A stretch of DNA of 64,000 bases from Eledone cirrhosa (Eukaryota), in the NCBI GenBank assembly GCA_964016885.1, contig OZ024743.1:114452001-114516000 (forward strand), in the 5' to 3' direction. Within the stretch, counting starts at the first letter, position 1, and the number at the start of each line of letters is the position of its first letter. Shown here one piece after another: positions 28,964 to 41,817 of the stretch. Under the pieces are notes generated by a model. It saw only the letters and a program-made list of their open reading frames with translations. It was not told the DNA's origin and did not search any database. The translations under genes and the position numbers were made by a program.

Positions 28964-28965
<2 letters not shown>
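26367..28965 (-). mobile_element. 5'-truncated Naiad-like PLE: EN C-terminus, ~2.1 kb AT-rich 3' region, HHR, and an inverted pLTR tail at its 5' end
   Basis: 28568-28870 encodes TFKSRFGNHK..STSLS..WSLK..W..CNLCTME..LINKKSELFSNCLHK; 26367-26505 matches 361-485; 28875-28965 matches ~645-720; (TA)n on both sides. Confidence 0.8.
26414..26480 (-). ncRNA. Type-I hammerhead ribozyme (same family as 516-578, longer loop II)
   Basis: TATTTTAT-CTGATGA-GGACGTAC(16 nt)GTACCTCT-GAAATATGTATA|ATAAAATA. Confidence 0.75.
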
Positions 28966-29000
<35 letters not shown>

Positions 29001-29122
29001 TATCCACGGTAAGTTGTGGGGTCTAGTCTGCATGAAGAACTCAATGTAATCCATATGTTGAAAATGTTGTAGGTTAAAATAAATCCCGGAAAACAATACA
29101 TTAAAAGGAAAATAGAGTCATG

Positions 29123-29225
29123 ATATAAGTTAAAACAATGAAATAAAAAATCAAATCATTAGAAATATACTTCGAAACAGTGAAGTATATTTCTAATGAC
29201 TTGATTTTTTATTTCATTGTTTTAA

Positions 29226-29232
<7 letters not shown>
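29123..29232. repeat. ~50-bp-arm near-perfect hairpin adjoining (TA)n
   Basis: ATATAAGTTAAAACAATGAAATAAAAAATCAA.TCATTAGAAATATACTTC-gaaacagt-reverse complement. Confidence 0.85.
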
Positions 29233-29313
<81 letters not shown>

Positions 29314-29411
29314 TATATATATATATATATATTAATATATATATATATATATATATTAATATATATATATAAAGAGAGTAAAACAAAGAAGCCTTCAATA
29401 CATCAAAAGTC

Positions 29412-29463
29412 TTTATTAGCCGACAATGTTTCGTCCTATTAAGGACTCATCAGGGCAATTAAA
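29412..29463 (-). ncRNA. Canonical minimal type-I hammerhead ribozyme
   Basis: TTTAATTGCC-CTGATGA-GTCCT(TAAT)AGGAC-GAAA-CATTGTC|GGCTAATAAA; GUC cleavage between 29422 and 29421. Confidence 0.9.
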
Positions 29464-30942
29464 ACAACACGAAGTAATATCGGCAGATACAAGCCGGAAG
29501 CTCCGAAGAATATGGAGTGTACATACACTAAAGTATTGCAAAAATATATAATAAAAATAATAAAAATATATAATAAAAATTACTAAGGATGTATATAACA
29601 TTAAGAACCATATTACAAATATAGTCCAAAGCAAAATCAAAACCTAGAGCTAAACAAAGGTGGTTATATAGAGCAGGAATTATATATAATGCAATGTAAT
29701 ATAATATAATATAATATAATATACCTATACCAACATTAAAATTACAATAAAAATCAAAAGGTAGAATATGCATATGTATATATGTGCGCACACGTACACA
29801 CACATACACATACAACAATACACACATCCATCTTCAACTGCACAAATTAAACCTTATTAATAGTTTGAATATAAAAATAAGCATGATAGGAATGAAAATA
29901 ATAATAATAATACCAATACATCTACCCAATATATATGAGGTAATAATATGATATAATTATAAGTAGCACATATAATAAATAATAAATAATACAATTATAT
30001 ACTATATAATAGAATAGATAATCTCCGGTTAATTTACACAAACAATATAGATGTCACAATAATAATATAATAATAATATATTAATATATTAACATTTACA
30101 ATATACAATATACTAACATTTATAATAAACAATATAAAGGTGCTCAAGTTAACAAATCAATTCATACTGGGTTACAGAGTAGGCGGGGAAAAATAAATTG
30201 TTCAATACCCCGAAAAAATGTTGATGGTACAAGAGTACAAACATCTTACATGATATATAAAGTTTAACATATCATAATGTTACATATAATTAACGGTAAG
30301 TAATAAGGATCAATATTACAATAAAAAATACAATATAATATAATATATTATATAAAATAAATTAACACAATATAATATATAATTACTTATAATTACAAGG
30401 TTGGTAGACAGACATGTATATGGATGAGTGAGTAAGTGCCAGACAGTAAATATAATGCACAGTAGTCTTACAAATAAAATATAAAATATAAAATATAGAA
30501 TAAAATAAATAAATAGATAAATAGAATCAACCGGAAATTAAAAAACAAAAACAAACGTATACATTTAGGTCTCACATGCAGTTAAGTAGTTAAGTAAAAA
30601 CTAAGGAAACAACCCCTGTAAATGACTCGAAAACCCTATTTGATAAATTAATATTAAAAATATTTAAACTATCCAATAAGGCAGTATAATATTAGCTATA
30701 GTTTAAGTCATTAAAGTTTATAAACGTTAATATTTCGTTACAAATGTTTACAAAAAGGAATGAAAATTTTTTATTATCATATACATAACGATATCTAAAA
30801 AACTGACTTAAGCAGAATTAAGGTAGGCTAATAGGGACAGAAATGAAGAAATATATGGAGGATGCAAAGGGGCATAAAATATAGTCGATATACTATATTA
30901 CATAATAGAAAGGAGCGTAAAAGAGGGGGGGTTAAATATAAT

Positions 30943-31087
30943 TGTTTCTACTTTAGGCACAAGGCCAGCAATTACCAGTGCATTACTGGTACTTTATTTT
31001 ATCGACCCCGTAAGGATGAAAGGCAAAGTCAACCTCGGCGGGATTTGAACTCAGATGGTAAAGGGACGTAACTATGCTGGAAAGCAT
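30943..31087 (-). mobile_element. 5'-truncated SINE nested in the PLE 3' region, 17-bp TSD
   Basis: TSD GGGGGGTTAAATATAAT at 30926-30942 and 31088-31104; near-identical to the 19351 copy. Confidence 0.9.
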
Positions 31088-31433
31088 GGGGGGTTAAATA
31101 TAATCATAGTCAATTTGGAGGGGTTGAGAATAAGTTTATGTGCGCATGGGGGGGGGGGGGGTCCAAAGAAGAATCCGAATAAAAATAAAAATAAAAATAA
31201 AAATAAAAATAAGAATAAAATAAAATAAATAGCGTAAAATATATAATCTTATATACATTCATAAGGTGTAATAGTGAAAATTTAATTCATAAGAAGATAG
31301 ATATGGTACAGTAGCCAAGAGATTATGAGAGCTAGAATAAAGAGTCATCAAAACCAATGATAATAATGATGATAATAATAATGTTGGCTAACAAAAGAAC
31401 CTAAACTAAAAAATAAATAATGGAATATATCAG

Positions 31434-33768
31434 CTAATGGGTACAATTTGTACTACTAGAACGTTTAGGTTTATAATAAAAGTATAAATTAGAAATAGCG
31501 TGGGGGCAAGAAGAGAATATCTCAGACTTTTTATTAAGTAAAGATGCGCTAGAGAAGATTATAGAGTGTGTCTCGAGGATACAGAGATTACAAAACTTAG
31601 TATGTGTAGAAAGGTGGTTAGAGCGTGCTACTAAACGCCAGTTAAGGCTATATGGTATATTAGCTCCCTTAAGATCCCAGATATAATGTGCTAAGGAAGT
31701 AGAATTCTTAAACTTAACATGCTTGAAATTAGAGATATGAGAGTTAAACCTAGTCTTAAAAGTGTTAGATGTAGAGCCTATATAAGTTCTACTAGAGGAA
31801 TTAGTTATAACTTCGCAAGCATAGACAATGTTCTTAGAAAGGCAGTTACCGTTTAAAGGGCAGTTAGCACTCACTCTACAATTGCACTTCCGGGTGTTAT
31901 TGGTTGACTCAAGTGGTGATGCATTACACCTAGGATTGCTATTAGATAAAGACTGTTCCGGTGGTAATGCATTGTCAGATCTGTTCAGACTAGTAGTATG
32001 TAGAGAGGAGAATCCATCCCTAATTTTCCTATTGTTAGTGCTAGCTAAATGAGAACTAATATTAGGGGTGGTAGAGAATGAAAGTTTAATAACATTTTTA
32101 TTAAAAATACTATGGTATTTATGAGAAGGGGGGAAATTTTTCTCTAAGATAGAGAAGAAAGACCTAGGGATATTAGTTGATACTTCCTGATTATATGGCG
32201 GGTTAAAATAAGTATTTAATCGCCTTCTATTTTTATTCTTACCGACTCTACCATTATCAAATATCCCACCATCAAGACTAGGGTTACTACAAGGATTAGT
32301 TAAAGCCGCATTCATAGAATCAGCCAAAATTTCGCTAAGTCTATTACAGTTTCTACCTCCAGTAGATCTGCTGCTGTCCGGAATCCCATCATAAGGATTA
32401 GGGCCAATGATAGGATCGGTAGGAGCAACATTAGTAGAATAAGATCCAGCAAAATTATCACCAATGTGTGAGCGCTCAGGGGGTTTAACTTGTTTCCTAG
32501 AGGTATTATATTCACTATTACGAGTCCGGTGGGTTAACTTATGGATGGGTTCAGATACACCTAAATAATTTTTACGGTTACTATGTTTGCTACTCCCATT
32601 CATGGCCATGTTATGTGATATTATGTTATTATTAATAAAAGTAGACGGAGACTTTCTAAGGTTACTATTATTATAGTGTATTTTACTAGAGTAACCTGAA
32701 TTTGCTAGGGCATTATTATAGTACTCCGCATGTTCATTAAATGTTCCTACGTCCTTAGAGAGTGTGGAAATCCTATTAGATACACCCTTAATTATAGAGC
32801 TTATCATAGACTTGGGGTGGTTAGAATTGGGACTAACATAAGAAAGTATTTCATTAGGCTTATGGAAGGGTTTAAAACTATTAGTGACCAAGTCCAAAGT
32901 CACATCTAAAAAGTTAACCGCTCTATCATTTCTATCTATCATGATCGAAAGGTTATAACTTTTAAAAAACTTATAAAGCTTCTTCTTATTATGTTCTACA
33001 TTGTTGGTGCTAGAGTTAATTACAAACAATGCATCATCACGATATAGTCCGCCTATAAGGTGCGGGAAGGTAGCATATAGTTCATTAAGGAGGAACAACC
33101 CAACAAGATCAGTAACCTGGGCCGAATCACTCGAACCCATTGTAACGTCGAAATTATTGGGCGTGTTTTTACGGGTCCAAAATGTGTCCTCAAATTTAAT
33201 AATAGTTTTACGGGCTGCTAGTATAATATCTACCTGTGATCGTGTAAGGTCTCATGGCCAATATTAAAGCTTTATTGAGGAGGATGGGTGAAATTTATGT
33301 GTAGTAGGCATCAATATCGAATTGGATAAACTTATTAGATTCAAGTCTATTAATCCCGGAGAACCAATCTATAACTTCCTTAGTGTTCCCCCATAGGTTA
33401 AAATTAACCTTATCCCTAACATCTGGTATAATAAGGTCAAGGATTTTTTTACTGATAATGGCTATATCAGACTTAGAAGGACAGATGAGTCTAACAGAGG
33501 GGTTACTAATAAAACCAACCTTATGATCCTTAAGAGTGAATCTCGGTTCTCGAGGGTAATATGGCTGGGTATACTTATCGAGGCCGAGGTCAGAGACAAT
33601 TCTAAGGCCCTCACTATTGATGTGGTTCAAATTCTCAAGAGTAGTTTTTTTATAGTTTCTATGCAGCTCCTTATAAATAAATTCGCGGTAAGCACTATAA
33701 TCCATGGAGTATAGATTCTTAGTCTTATCTGCCGGGACAAGAATGGACTTATTCTCAACGAAACCCAT
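31434..33768 (-). pseudogene. PLE RT + GIY-YIG polyprotein (premature TAA at 33295-33297 and a frameshift at ~33252)
   Basis: [130 protein letters not shown]. Confidence 0.95.
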
Positions 33769-33945
33769 AACAATATTTTTAAGTCTAGACTGGAACTTAT
33801 CAAAATTATTATAATTTCTATGTCTATTATTTGGCCTATACCTAATATTTTTCGGCTCTGTTTAACTACATTGAGCTATACTTTTTATTGTCATTTCTAT
33901 AATACGAAGAGGGTGTTTAACTCCAACACGCTCCAGTATTTTTAC

Positions 33946-34023
<78 letters not shown>

Positions 34024-34226
34024 TGTAAGTATGTATGTATACGTACATACATATATGTATACAGACGTACAGTAGCATGTATATATATATATATATATAC
34101 ATACAGGCACACATATATATATGCACGTATCAGTTTACCGACGGCTGTCCGTTTGTTTACAAACGAACAAAGCGAACATTATAATAAATGTTCTATAAAC
34201 TCATACGTGCATATATATATGTGTGC

Positions 34227-34300
<74 letters not shown>

Positions 34301-34534
34301 GCTACTGTACGTCTGTATACATATATGTATGTACGTATACATACATACTTACATTTAAGTAAGTGCCGTACTAAGAGTGAGAAATGAAATTTCGTTTCAT
34401 TCTATTCCATTTATCGTTTTCGGTGCGCCTGGCCGACTGAGCTCACTCGATATGCAATGTAGGCTGCTCAGTCGTTAATTTTCATAAGGAAAGTATATAC
34501 TTTCGAACGTTCAACCATCTGGCAGAAAGGTATA

Positions 34535-34575
34535 CGGTGCTGATGATAGCTAACAAGCTTGAAACTAGTACATCG
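34535..34575 (+). ncRNA. Type-I hammerhead ribozyme
   Basis: CGGTG-CTGATGA-TAGCT(AACA)AGCTT-GAAA-CTAGTA|CATCG; first pair of stem II mismatched. Confidence 0.75.
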
Positions 34576-34779
34576 TTCCTGTGTCAGTGTTGAACAAAAA
34601 GGTGACGTGGTTGCCTGAACACTGTACGGCGCAAATCAGGCTGTCATACATACTTACATTTAAGTGCCGTACTAAGAGTGAGAAATGAAATTTCGTTTCA
34701 TTCTATTCCATATATATATATATACATATATATGAAAAATGTGGTTAATATTAAATATCCAATTACAAGTATGAGAATA

Positions 34780-34945
34780 CGAGCTGATGTACCCAGCTTC
34801 GCCCGAGTAAACAGATAAGATGACAGGTGAAAATGACAATACATACATATATATATTATAGTAATAATAATAAATGTGAAGACTAAGATCTGAAGAGGGA
34901 TCGATAAGGATAAATATATATCAAATATATTAAAACCATAGAGCA
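34780..34945 (-). mobile_element. Helitron 3'-end fragment
   Basis: Minus strand CTCGGGCGAAGCTGGG hairpin + TACATCAGCTCG, matching the GTACATCAGCTAG terminus at 26319-26331. Confidence 0.5.
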
Positions 34946-35299
34946 AATATTTATTGAAATAACAGATTAAAGTTAAAACAAAGAATCGCTGCTTTCACCG
35001 TTCAGAAGATCCTGTTAAGGTTGAAAGCAGCGATTCTTTGCTTAAACTTTAATCTGTTATTTTAATATATGTATATATATATATATATAAATATAAGTAT
35101 GTATACGTACATACATATATGTATACAGATGTACAGTAGTATGTATATACATACATGAACATATATATATATATGTACGTATGGGTTTACCGAACATTTA
35201 TGATAATGCTCGGATTATTTGTAAACAAACAGCCCGAAACATTAGCCGTACAGTGTTCGGCAACCATCGTTTCCCTTTTGTTCAACACTGACAAAGGAA

Positions 35300-35340
35300 C
35301 GATGAACTAGTTTCTAGCTTATTAGCTGTCATCAGCACCG
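35300..35340 (-). ncRNA. Type-I hammerhead ribozyme (inverted paralog)
   Basis: CGGTG-CTGATGA-CAGCT(AATA)AGCTA-GAAA-CTAGTT|CATCG. Confidence 0.72.
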
Positions 35341-35734
35341 TATACCTCCCTCTCAGTTGATTGAACGTTTGAAAGTATATACTTTCCTTATGCATATTAA
35401 CAGCTGAGCAGCCTAATTTGCATATTGAGTAAGTTAGTCGGCCGGGTGTGCCGTAAACGATAAATGGAAAAAATTACATTTCATTTCTCACTCTGATACT
35501 TAAATATAAGTATGTATACAGGCGTACAGTAGTATGTATATACATACATATATATATATGTACGTAACATATATATATATATGTGTACGTATGGGTTTAC
35601 TGAACATTTATTATAATGCTCGGTTTGTTGAACAGAAGGGCCACCATGGTTGCCGAACACTGTACGGCTAATAATTCGGGCTGTTTATTTACAAACGAAC
35701 CGAGCATTATAATAAATGTTCGGTAAACCCATAC

Positions 35735-35796
<62 letters not shown>

Positions 35797-35960
35797 GTAT
35801 GTATGTATATACATACTACTGTATGTCTGTATACGCATATGTATGTACGTATACATACTTATATTTAAGTATCAGCCGTACTAAGAGTGAGAAATGAAAT
35901 TTCATTTTTTCCATTTATATATATATATATATTTATATATATAATATATATATATATATT

Positions 35961-36061
<101 letters not shown>

Positions 36062-37889
36062 TCTATCAAGCGAGCGGTCAGTTAGGAAATGTGGGATCCT
36101 TCTTCCCTAAGTATACATATCCCAAATCCATCCAAGCAAATGAACTTCCATACAATTAGAATGCTGTATAAATGAAGGGTTATGAAATTTGCTTCACAAC
36201 TATAAAGTTCAGGGTTCGATCCCACAGTCTGGTATCTTGGGCAAAAAGGTTTTTACCATAACCTCGGGTAGACATAAATTGTATAATATTACCTAGACTG
36301 AACCTGTTTGGAAGACCAGTGGCTGGACTGGACCTATAATTCGAAGAACCAGTATTACCAAACACAGTAACATAATTAATCTTCTTGAGAATTACGTTAA
36401 TGGCTTATGTGCTTGTCTAAAACTGGACTACTTACACGCCAATTTAATGAGTTGAACGTTCCGTCAATTTACATTTTGAGAAATTATGCATTCTAAATAT
36501 TCTTCTGTTCAAAGGATGAAATTTGCTTCCTTTTTTCTTCTCTTTTTGTAAATTCGAATTATAAGCGTTCCATTTGTACAATAGATCTATTTGTTTTGGC
36601 AAAGAAATTATTACTATTTCAAAAACAACGAACAATGTATTTATGGTAATAAAACAAAACCAATTATAAAACTGGACATTAATTTCTCCCTATACGTTTC
36701 TCTTGGTTGATATATATATATTTTACATTCGTAGATATATTTAGTTCTATTGTTATTTCTCATGTTGCATTTTCAATATTTAGGCAATGACTCGTTAAGG
36801 TAATGATATGTATATAGATACAACGAAACTTCAAAAACATAGACTTGAATAAATAAGTAATATAAATGATAATAGGAAATAAGTAAAATCATATTATTTT
36901 TACGATGGCTCGAAAATTTCGTTTCGTTATTGCGATTCTCGAATTTTCTATATCATTCTGTATTTTTTCTACTTTCATTCGCACATTTTAATTTTTTTAA
37001 TACATATTTCTCTCCCCTGCCCCCCTCTATCTCTCTGATATATATATATATACACAAGCAATCACAAACACTCTCGGATAAACCAGTATATTTATATATA
37101 TGAAAAATTATATTTGTATAGAAAGAAAAGAGGCTGCGTAATTGTGTATATTAATTTACACATATAGACAGGTAAATATGTATATTACTTTCTATATTGA
37201 AAAGCATAAATATATTTCATCGATTTTCGAACCTAGTTGAGTTCTCATCAGAAGATTTGCATATCGTCTAAACAACTACAAGGAAGTACGTAACCGAAGG
37301 GCTTATAGTAGTATTCTGAATGGATGTACTAATTTGCATATTATTAGATCATATTTTGGTAATAAATATCGATAAATATTAAAATGTGGGCATTATATAT
37401 ATATATATATATTGAATAATGAACCGAGGGTATAGGTGCAATTAAATCGTTTGTTCATTTTACGTGCGTTTCACTAATAACATCAATTGAAAGATGGACG
37501 TAGATTTGTTTTAAATCGAAAATATTTTCTCATTGACATATAATTATAAACACTTCAGAAATGTGAAAACAAAAAGAATATTCTTGATGGAATCAAATCA
37601 TTTATGCTCTGAGGCACGTTTCATCACCAATATTATAATTTAAAAAAACCAAAAAAACCCCCAAAAAAACAGGAGACATTTGTTTTCTGTAAAATATATG
37701 TATATGGGAATGGTATTTTAGAAACGATGAGTGAAGTTTATGACAAAGCTAGAAGGTTCCTCAAATTTGATTTTACTACAGAAGAATAGTCTATATCATA
37801 GGGTATATATAGGTCCATATATATGTGTGTGTGTATATACATGTGCATATCTTTTTAACTATCTATCTACCAACTTATCTATCTCTATC

Positions 37890-37959
<70 letters not shown>

Positions 37960-38074
37960 AAAAGTGTATATACATATAAACTAGACAGAGCTATAGATAC
38001 ATATATAAATGCTTTGGCAACCATTCACGGTGTCGCTCAATGACGAATTAATTAAATAATTAACAATCAGAGCA

Positions 38075-38806
38075 ATATATAAACAAGTAAGTCCATAGAA
38101 TCTTTAGATAAAATATATATACAGTATTTCTTCTCCCAATCAGCATAATCAACCACACAAAAAGTCATTTAAACGTGAATGGTTGCCAAAAACATATATA
38201 TATATGTTTCTATAGCTCTTTTAAATTTTATATACTCCCGTAAGGTTGAGTAAAACCTTCGGCAGTATTCGGCTGCGCTTTCTAGCAACCAGCCTACTCG
38301 CCGACAGGCACCAATCACAAGCTTTCTCACTTGACCACTGGCCACGTGATAATTCTTAGCCATTTTGAATTCGTTTCTGGCGGGGATCCTTTAAGAAAAA
38401 TCTTTGTCCAATTGAGTTTATCTCCTGATAATTTCCAAACTCGTTGATTTATCCAAGATCAGATATATCCAAAAAGTGAATGAAACCTCAGAGGGTAGAG
38501 ATAGATTTTGATGATTTTGGTATGTTTATGTACATTCTTTCTTCTAACTTTTATTTTGTACCTAATTATGTATGGCTAACTATATATCTAGTCAATTTCT
38601 ACAGGCTATAGAAATACTGGGTAAATTTTCTGTGTCTGTGGGTCGCGGATGAAAAGCTATCATTTATTTATCTATTATACTTCATAAGTATATTTAAAAC
38701 TTATAGCCTCATTTAAATGATTTTTTGTGTGGTTGATTATGCTGATTGGGAGAAGAAATACTGTTTATATTTTATCTAATGATTTTATGGACTTACTTGT
38801 TTATAT
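38075..38806. mobile_element. MITE-like element with ~95 bp terminal inverted repeats, TA-flanked
   Basis: ATATAAACAAGTAAGTCCATA..CAGTATTTCTTCTCCCAATCAGCATAATCAACCACACAAAAA.TCATTTAAA versus its reverse complement at 38712-38806. Confidence 0.75.
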
Positions 38807-38826
38807 ATATATATATATATATATAA

Positions 38827-39602
38827 CGCTAGCTTGGTGGGGTTGCCGGTTTAGTCGCCGGCGACCCGACCATGAGACAGGTTGTAATGTCTGCGTTTGG
38901 TAAACTCAATCATCGTCTTTGGAATGAAAAGGGTGTAAAACTAAATAAGAAAGTGCAAGTGTCTAAGGCAGTTGTTCTCACAACTTTGCTTTATGTATCA
39001 GAATCCTGAACACCACACCGGTCACATATAAACCAGCTGGATATGTTCCAGAAGGCACGTTTGAGATCCATCTGTGGTCATGTATGAGAAAATAAAATCT
39101 CCAACGCCGACATCCTAACCAAATGCAACATTGGGGGAACTGAAACTTTCCTTATGCAATCTCAGCTTCGTTGGGCTGACCATGTCATCCGTATGAGTGA
39201 CGACAGAATTCCAAAGGTCCTCATGTATGGTCAGCTTAGCAGCGGCAACATATAACAGCGGCTACGGTATAAGGATAAGTTAAAATCAAATATCACTGCT
39301 CTTGCAATCCATTTCTGTGATTGCGAAAAAGTGTCTGCTAACAGAAGGGATTGGAGAGCAAGGTGCCATAGTGCGATCAAGAGCTTTGAATCTAGTCGCA
39401 TAGAGAAATTGCGTGTTGACCGAGCAGGGACGAAGCAACGGGCCTTGATACCTGCAAGACTCCATAAACTCTTGCTCTTGTGATCTATGTGGCTTGGTCT
39501 GTGGGTCACTGGTGGGGTTGAAATGTCACATTAGACACCGCCATCCAAAGAGCTGAACTTTGTTGGACATTCATACGTCAAATGTCGACGGGAGAGTCCA
39601 TC
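38827..39602 (+). mobile_element. Internally deleted RTE-clade LINE (GC-rich leader + 3' ORF remnant)
   Basis: SAFGKLNHRLW..KAVVLTTLLY.SES*T..QLRWADHVIRMSDDRIPKVLMYGQL..RYKDKLK..RRDWR..CDLCG..C.S.VGL..H. Confidence 0.85.
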
Positions 39603-39944
39603 ATATATATATATATAATCTCGTTTTATTGAAACGTTAACTTATAGGGCATAAACAAACACACGCCCTAACACTGAACACACATACATACACACACGTG
39701 TACAAAGAGTTGATTTTTGTATTTGTTTTGGAAGATTCTTTATGTGATCTCGTACGTTGAAACAGATAATGCTATACTGCGCGAAGAGAATGTTTCCAAG
39801 CGTCCGAAGAAAGTTCACTATTTTGATGCCTCTTGTTTTCTGGAGGTATGGACAAATTTAGGCCTTGAAATCCGGGATAGGGTTATGTTCCGTGTATGAA
39901 CATAAATAAATAATCAATATATATATATATATATATATAAAGGA

Positions 39945-40152
39945 TCGATCGACTTTCGTCAAATCGGACCGAGGAAACAGTGTTTCCGTTGGTCTTTCCA
40001 ATTGCTAATACTATCTATCGGTCGCAACTCCAGGTAGAAGGAGCAACGTGAAATAAAGTGTCTTGCTCAAGGACATAATACATCACCCGGTCCAGGAATC
40101 GAATTCACAACCTCCAGATTCCGAATCCAATTCTCTAACCACATACCTTCAC
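39945..40152 (-). mobile_element. tRNA-derived CORE-like SINE (paralog at 43682-43872)
   Basis: Minus-strand TTCGATTCC B-box and GTCCTTGAGCAAGACAC; shared 3' end GGTCCGATTTGACGAAAGTCGATC. Confidence 0.7.
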
Positions 40153-40579
40153 ACACACACACACACACATATATACATATATATATATTTATATATATAT
40201 ATTTATATAGTAGTGACAGGTAGGTAGTAATATCCAAGAATGTATAGAGCAACTCTGTATGGCAAGTCTGAATATAATTGTTAAGGCCGTACGTTCCGTT
40301 AGCCCTGAGGAGCAGCTTGTTTAACCTGCGCCGATGAAAGTGAACCGAAAATTGTTTACTAGAAATGAAAATACAAAATAATAGTGAAAGTGAAAGACAA
40401 GGGCCCCAAGACCAAGGGCAGATAATCTGGATGGTGTAGGGGAGGTAATGTTACCGAAAACGCTAACAAACGCCAAATTAGCTAAACATTAGGAGGGGGC
40501 TTGTTCTTAAATAGGTAATTAGAAACACGAGAACATCGCGAGCTGAACGCTATACGTGTGTTAAGTGGTTTCTTATATA

Positions 40580-41235
40580 TAATTGTTTCTACTTTTGGCA
40601 CAAGGCCAGCAATTATCCCAGTGCATTACTGGTACTTTATTTTATCGACCCCGTAAGGATGAAAGGCAAAGTTAACCTCGGCGGGATTTGAACTCAGATC
40701 GTAAAGGCCCGTAACTCCATGCTACAAAGCATGGCGTCCAACCCTCTACCGATACTGCCAATCCACCGCCTATTTCTTATATATAATTGTTTCTATATAA
40801 TGGTTTCTTATATATAATGGTTTCTGATATAGACACAAGGTCAGACATTTTTAGGGGAGGGAGAAGTCGATTAAATCGATACCAGTGCTTGACTGGTACT
40901 TTATTTTATCGACCCCATAAGTATGAAAGGCAAAGCTAACGGGATTTGAACTTAGAACGTAAAGGGCCATAACTATGCCACGAAGCAGGGTGTCCGACAT
41001 TCTACCTATACTGCCAATCCACCGCCTTATTTGTGTGTATATATATACATATAATTGTTTCTACGTTAGGCACAAGACCAGCAAATGACCCAGTGCATTA
41101 CTGGTACTTTATTTTATCGACCCCGTAAGGATGAAAGGCAAAGTCAACCTCGGCGGGATTTGAACTCAGATCGTAAAGGAACGTAACTATGCTGGAAAGC
41201 ATGGCGTCCGACCCTCTACCGATACTGCCAATAGA
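40580..41235 (-). mobile_element. Three tandem tRNA-SINE copies (19351 family)
   Basis: Near-identical reverse complements of 19351-19537. Confidence 0.9.
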
Positions 41236-41755
41236 GGCGTATAAGGTAGCATATATTATATATTTATATACAATAAACATAAACGTATGTATGTATTATG
41301 TTTGCGCCTGGACAAGGAAATCCTCGGTTTGGTGCCCGAGCGGCCGATTAACCCTTTGGGAGTGTAAGACCCCTAGTTCTTGTTAGGATATCATTCTAGA
41401 AGGAAAACAATGACGCTCAACCTGATGACAGCCAATGATGTTAACATGATCTTCTTATTGGATACCTGTCACTGTTATTCATAGAGTGAGATTGGTCCAA
41501 TACAATGCCTTTCCTCACTTAAAAAATTCAAGTATAGGCATTACTTGAACTGAATGATTCTCACCTGTGTTGTGTGATCCCGGCCTTTTCTTTTTCGTTC
41601 GGAGCCACATATGCAAAAAGGAAGGGCTAAAAATTCATGTGCGTGCCCCCAACCACCATCTATGAGAAAGAGCTCAAGTAATGGCATGTCTCGAAACTGC
41701 AACGCAGCCATTATATATGTATGTATATATGTATGTATGTAGAGAGAGAGGAAGT

Positions 41756-41817
<62 letters not shown>

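Larger units (their letters stand above)
29371..33948 (-). mobile_element. Near-complete (5'-truncated) Naiad-like Penelope-like element, 4.6 kb, in (TA)n
   Basis: RT-EN ORF, 2 kb T-rich 3' region, terminal HHR, TA flanks. Confidence 0.88.
34019..35915. mobile_element. Rearranged cluster of a non-coding HHR-bearing repeat (retrozyme-like) in direct and inverted pieces
   Basis: Inverted blocks 34019-34085/34293-34358, 34360-34630/35245-35495 and 35585-35625/35697-35745; two HHRs; motifs shared with the 469-bp unit. Confidence 0.7.
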
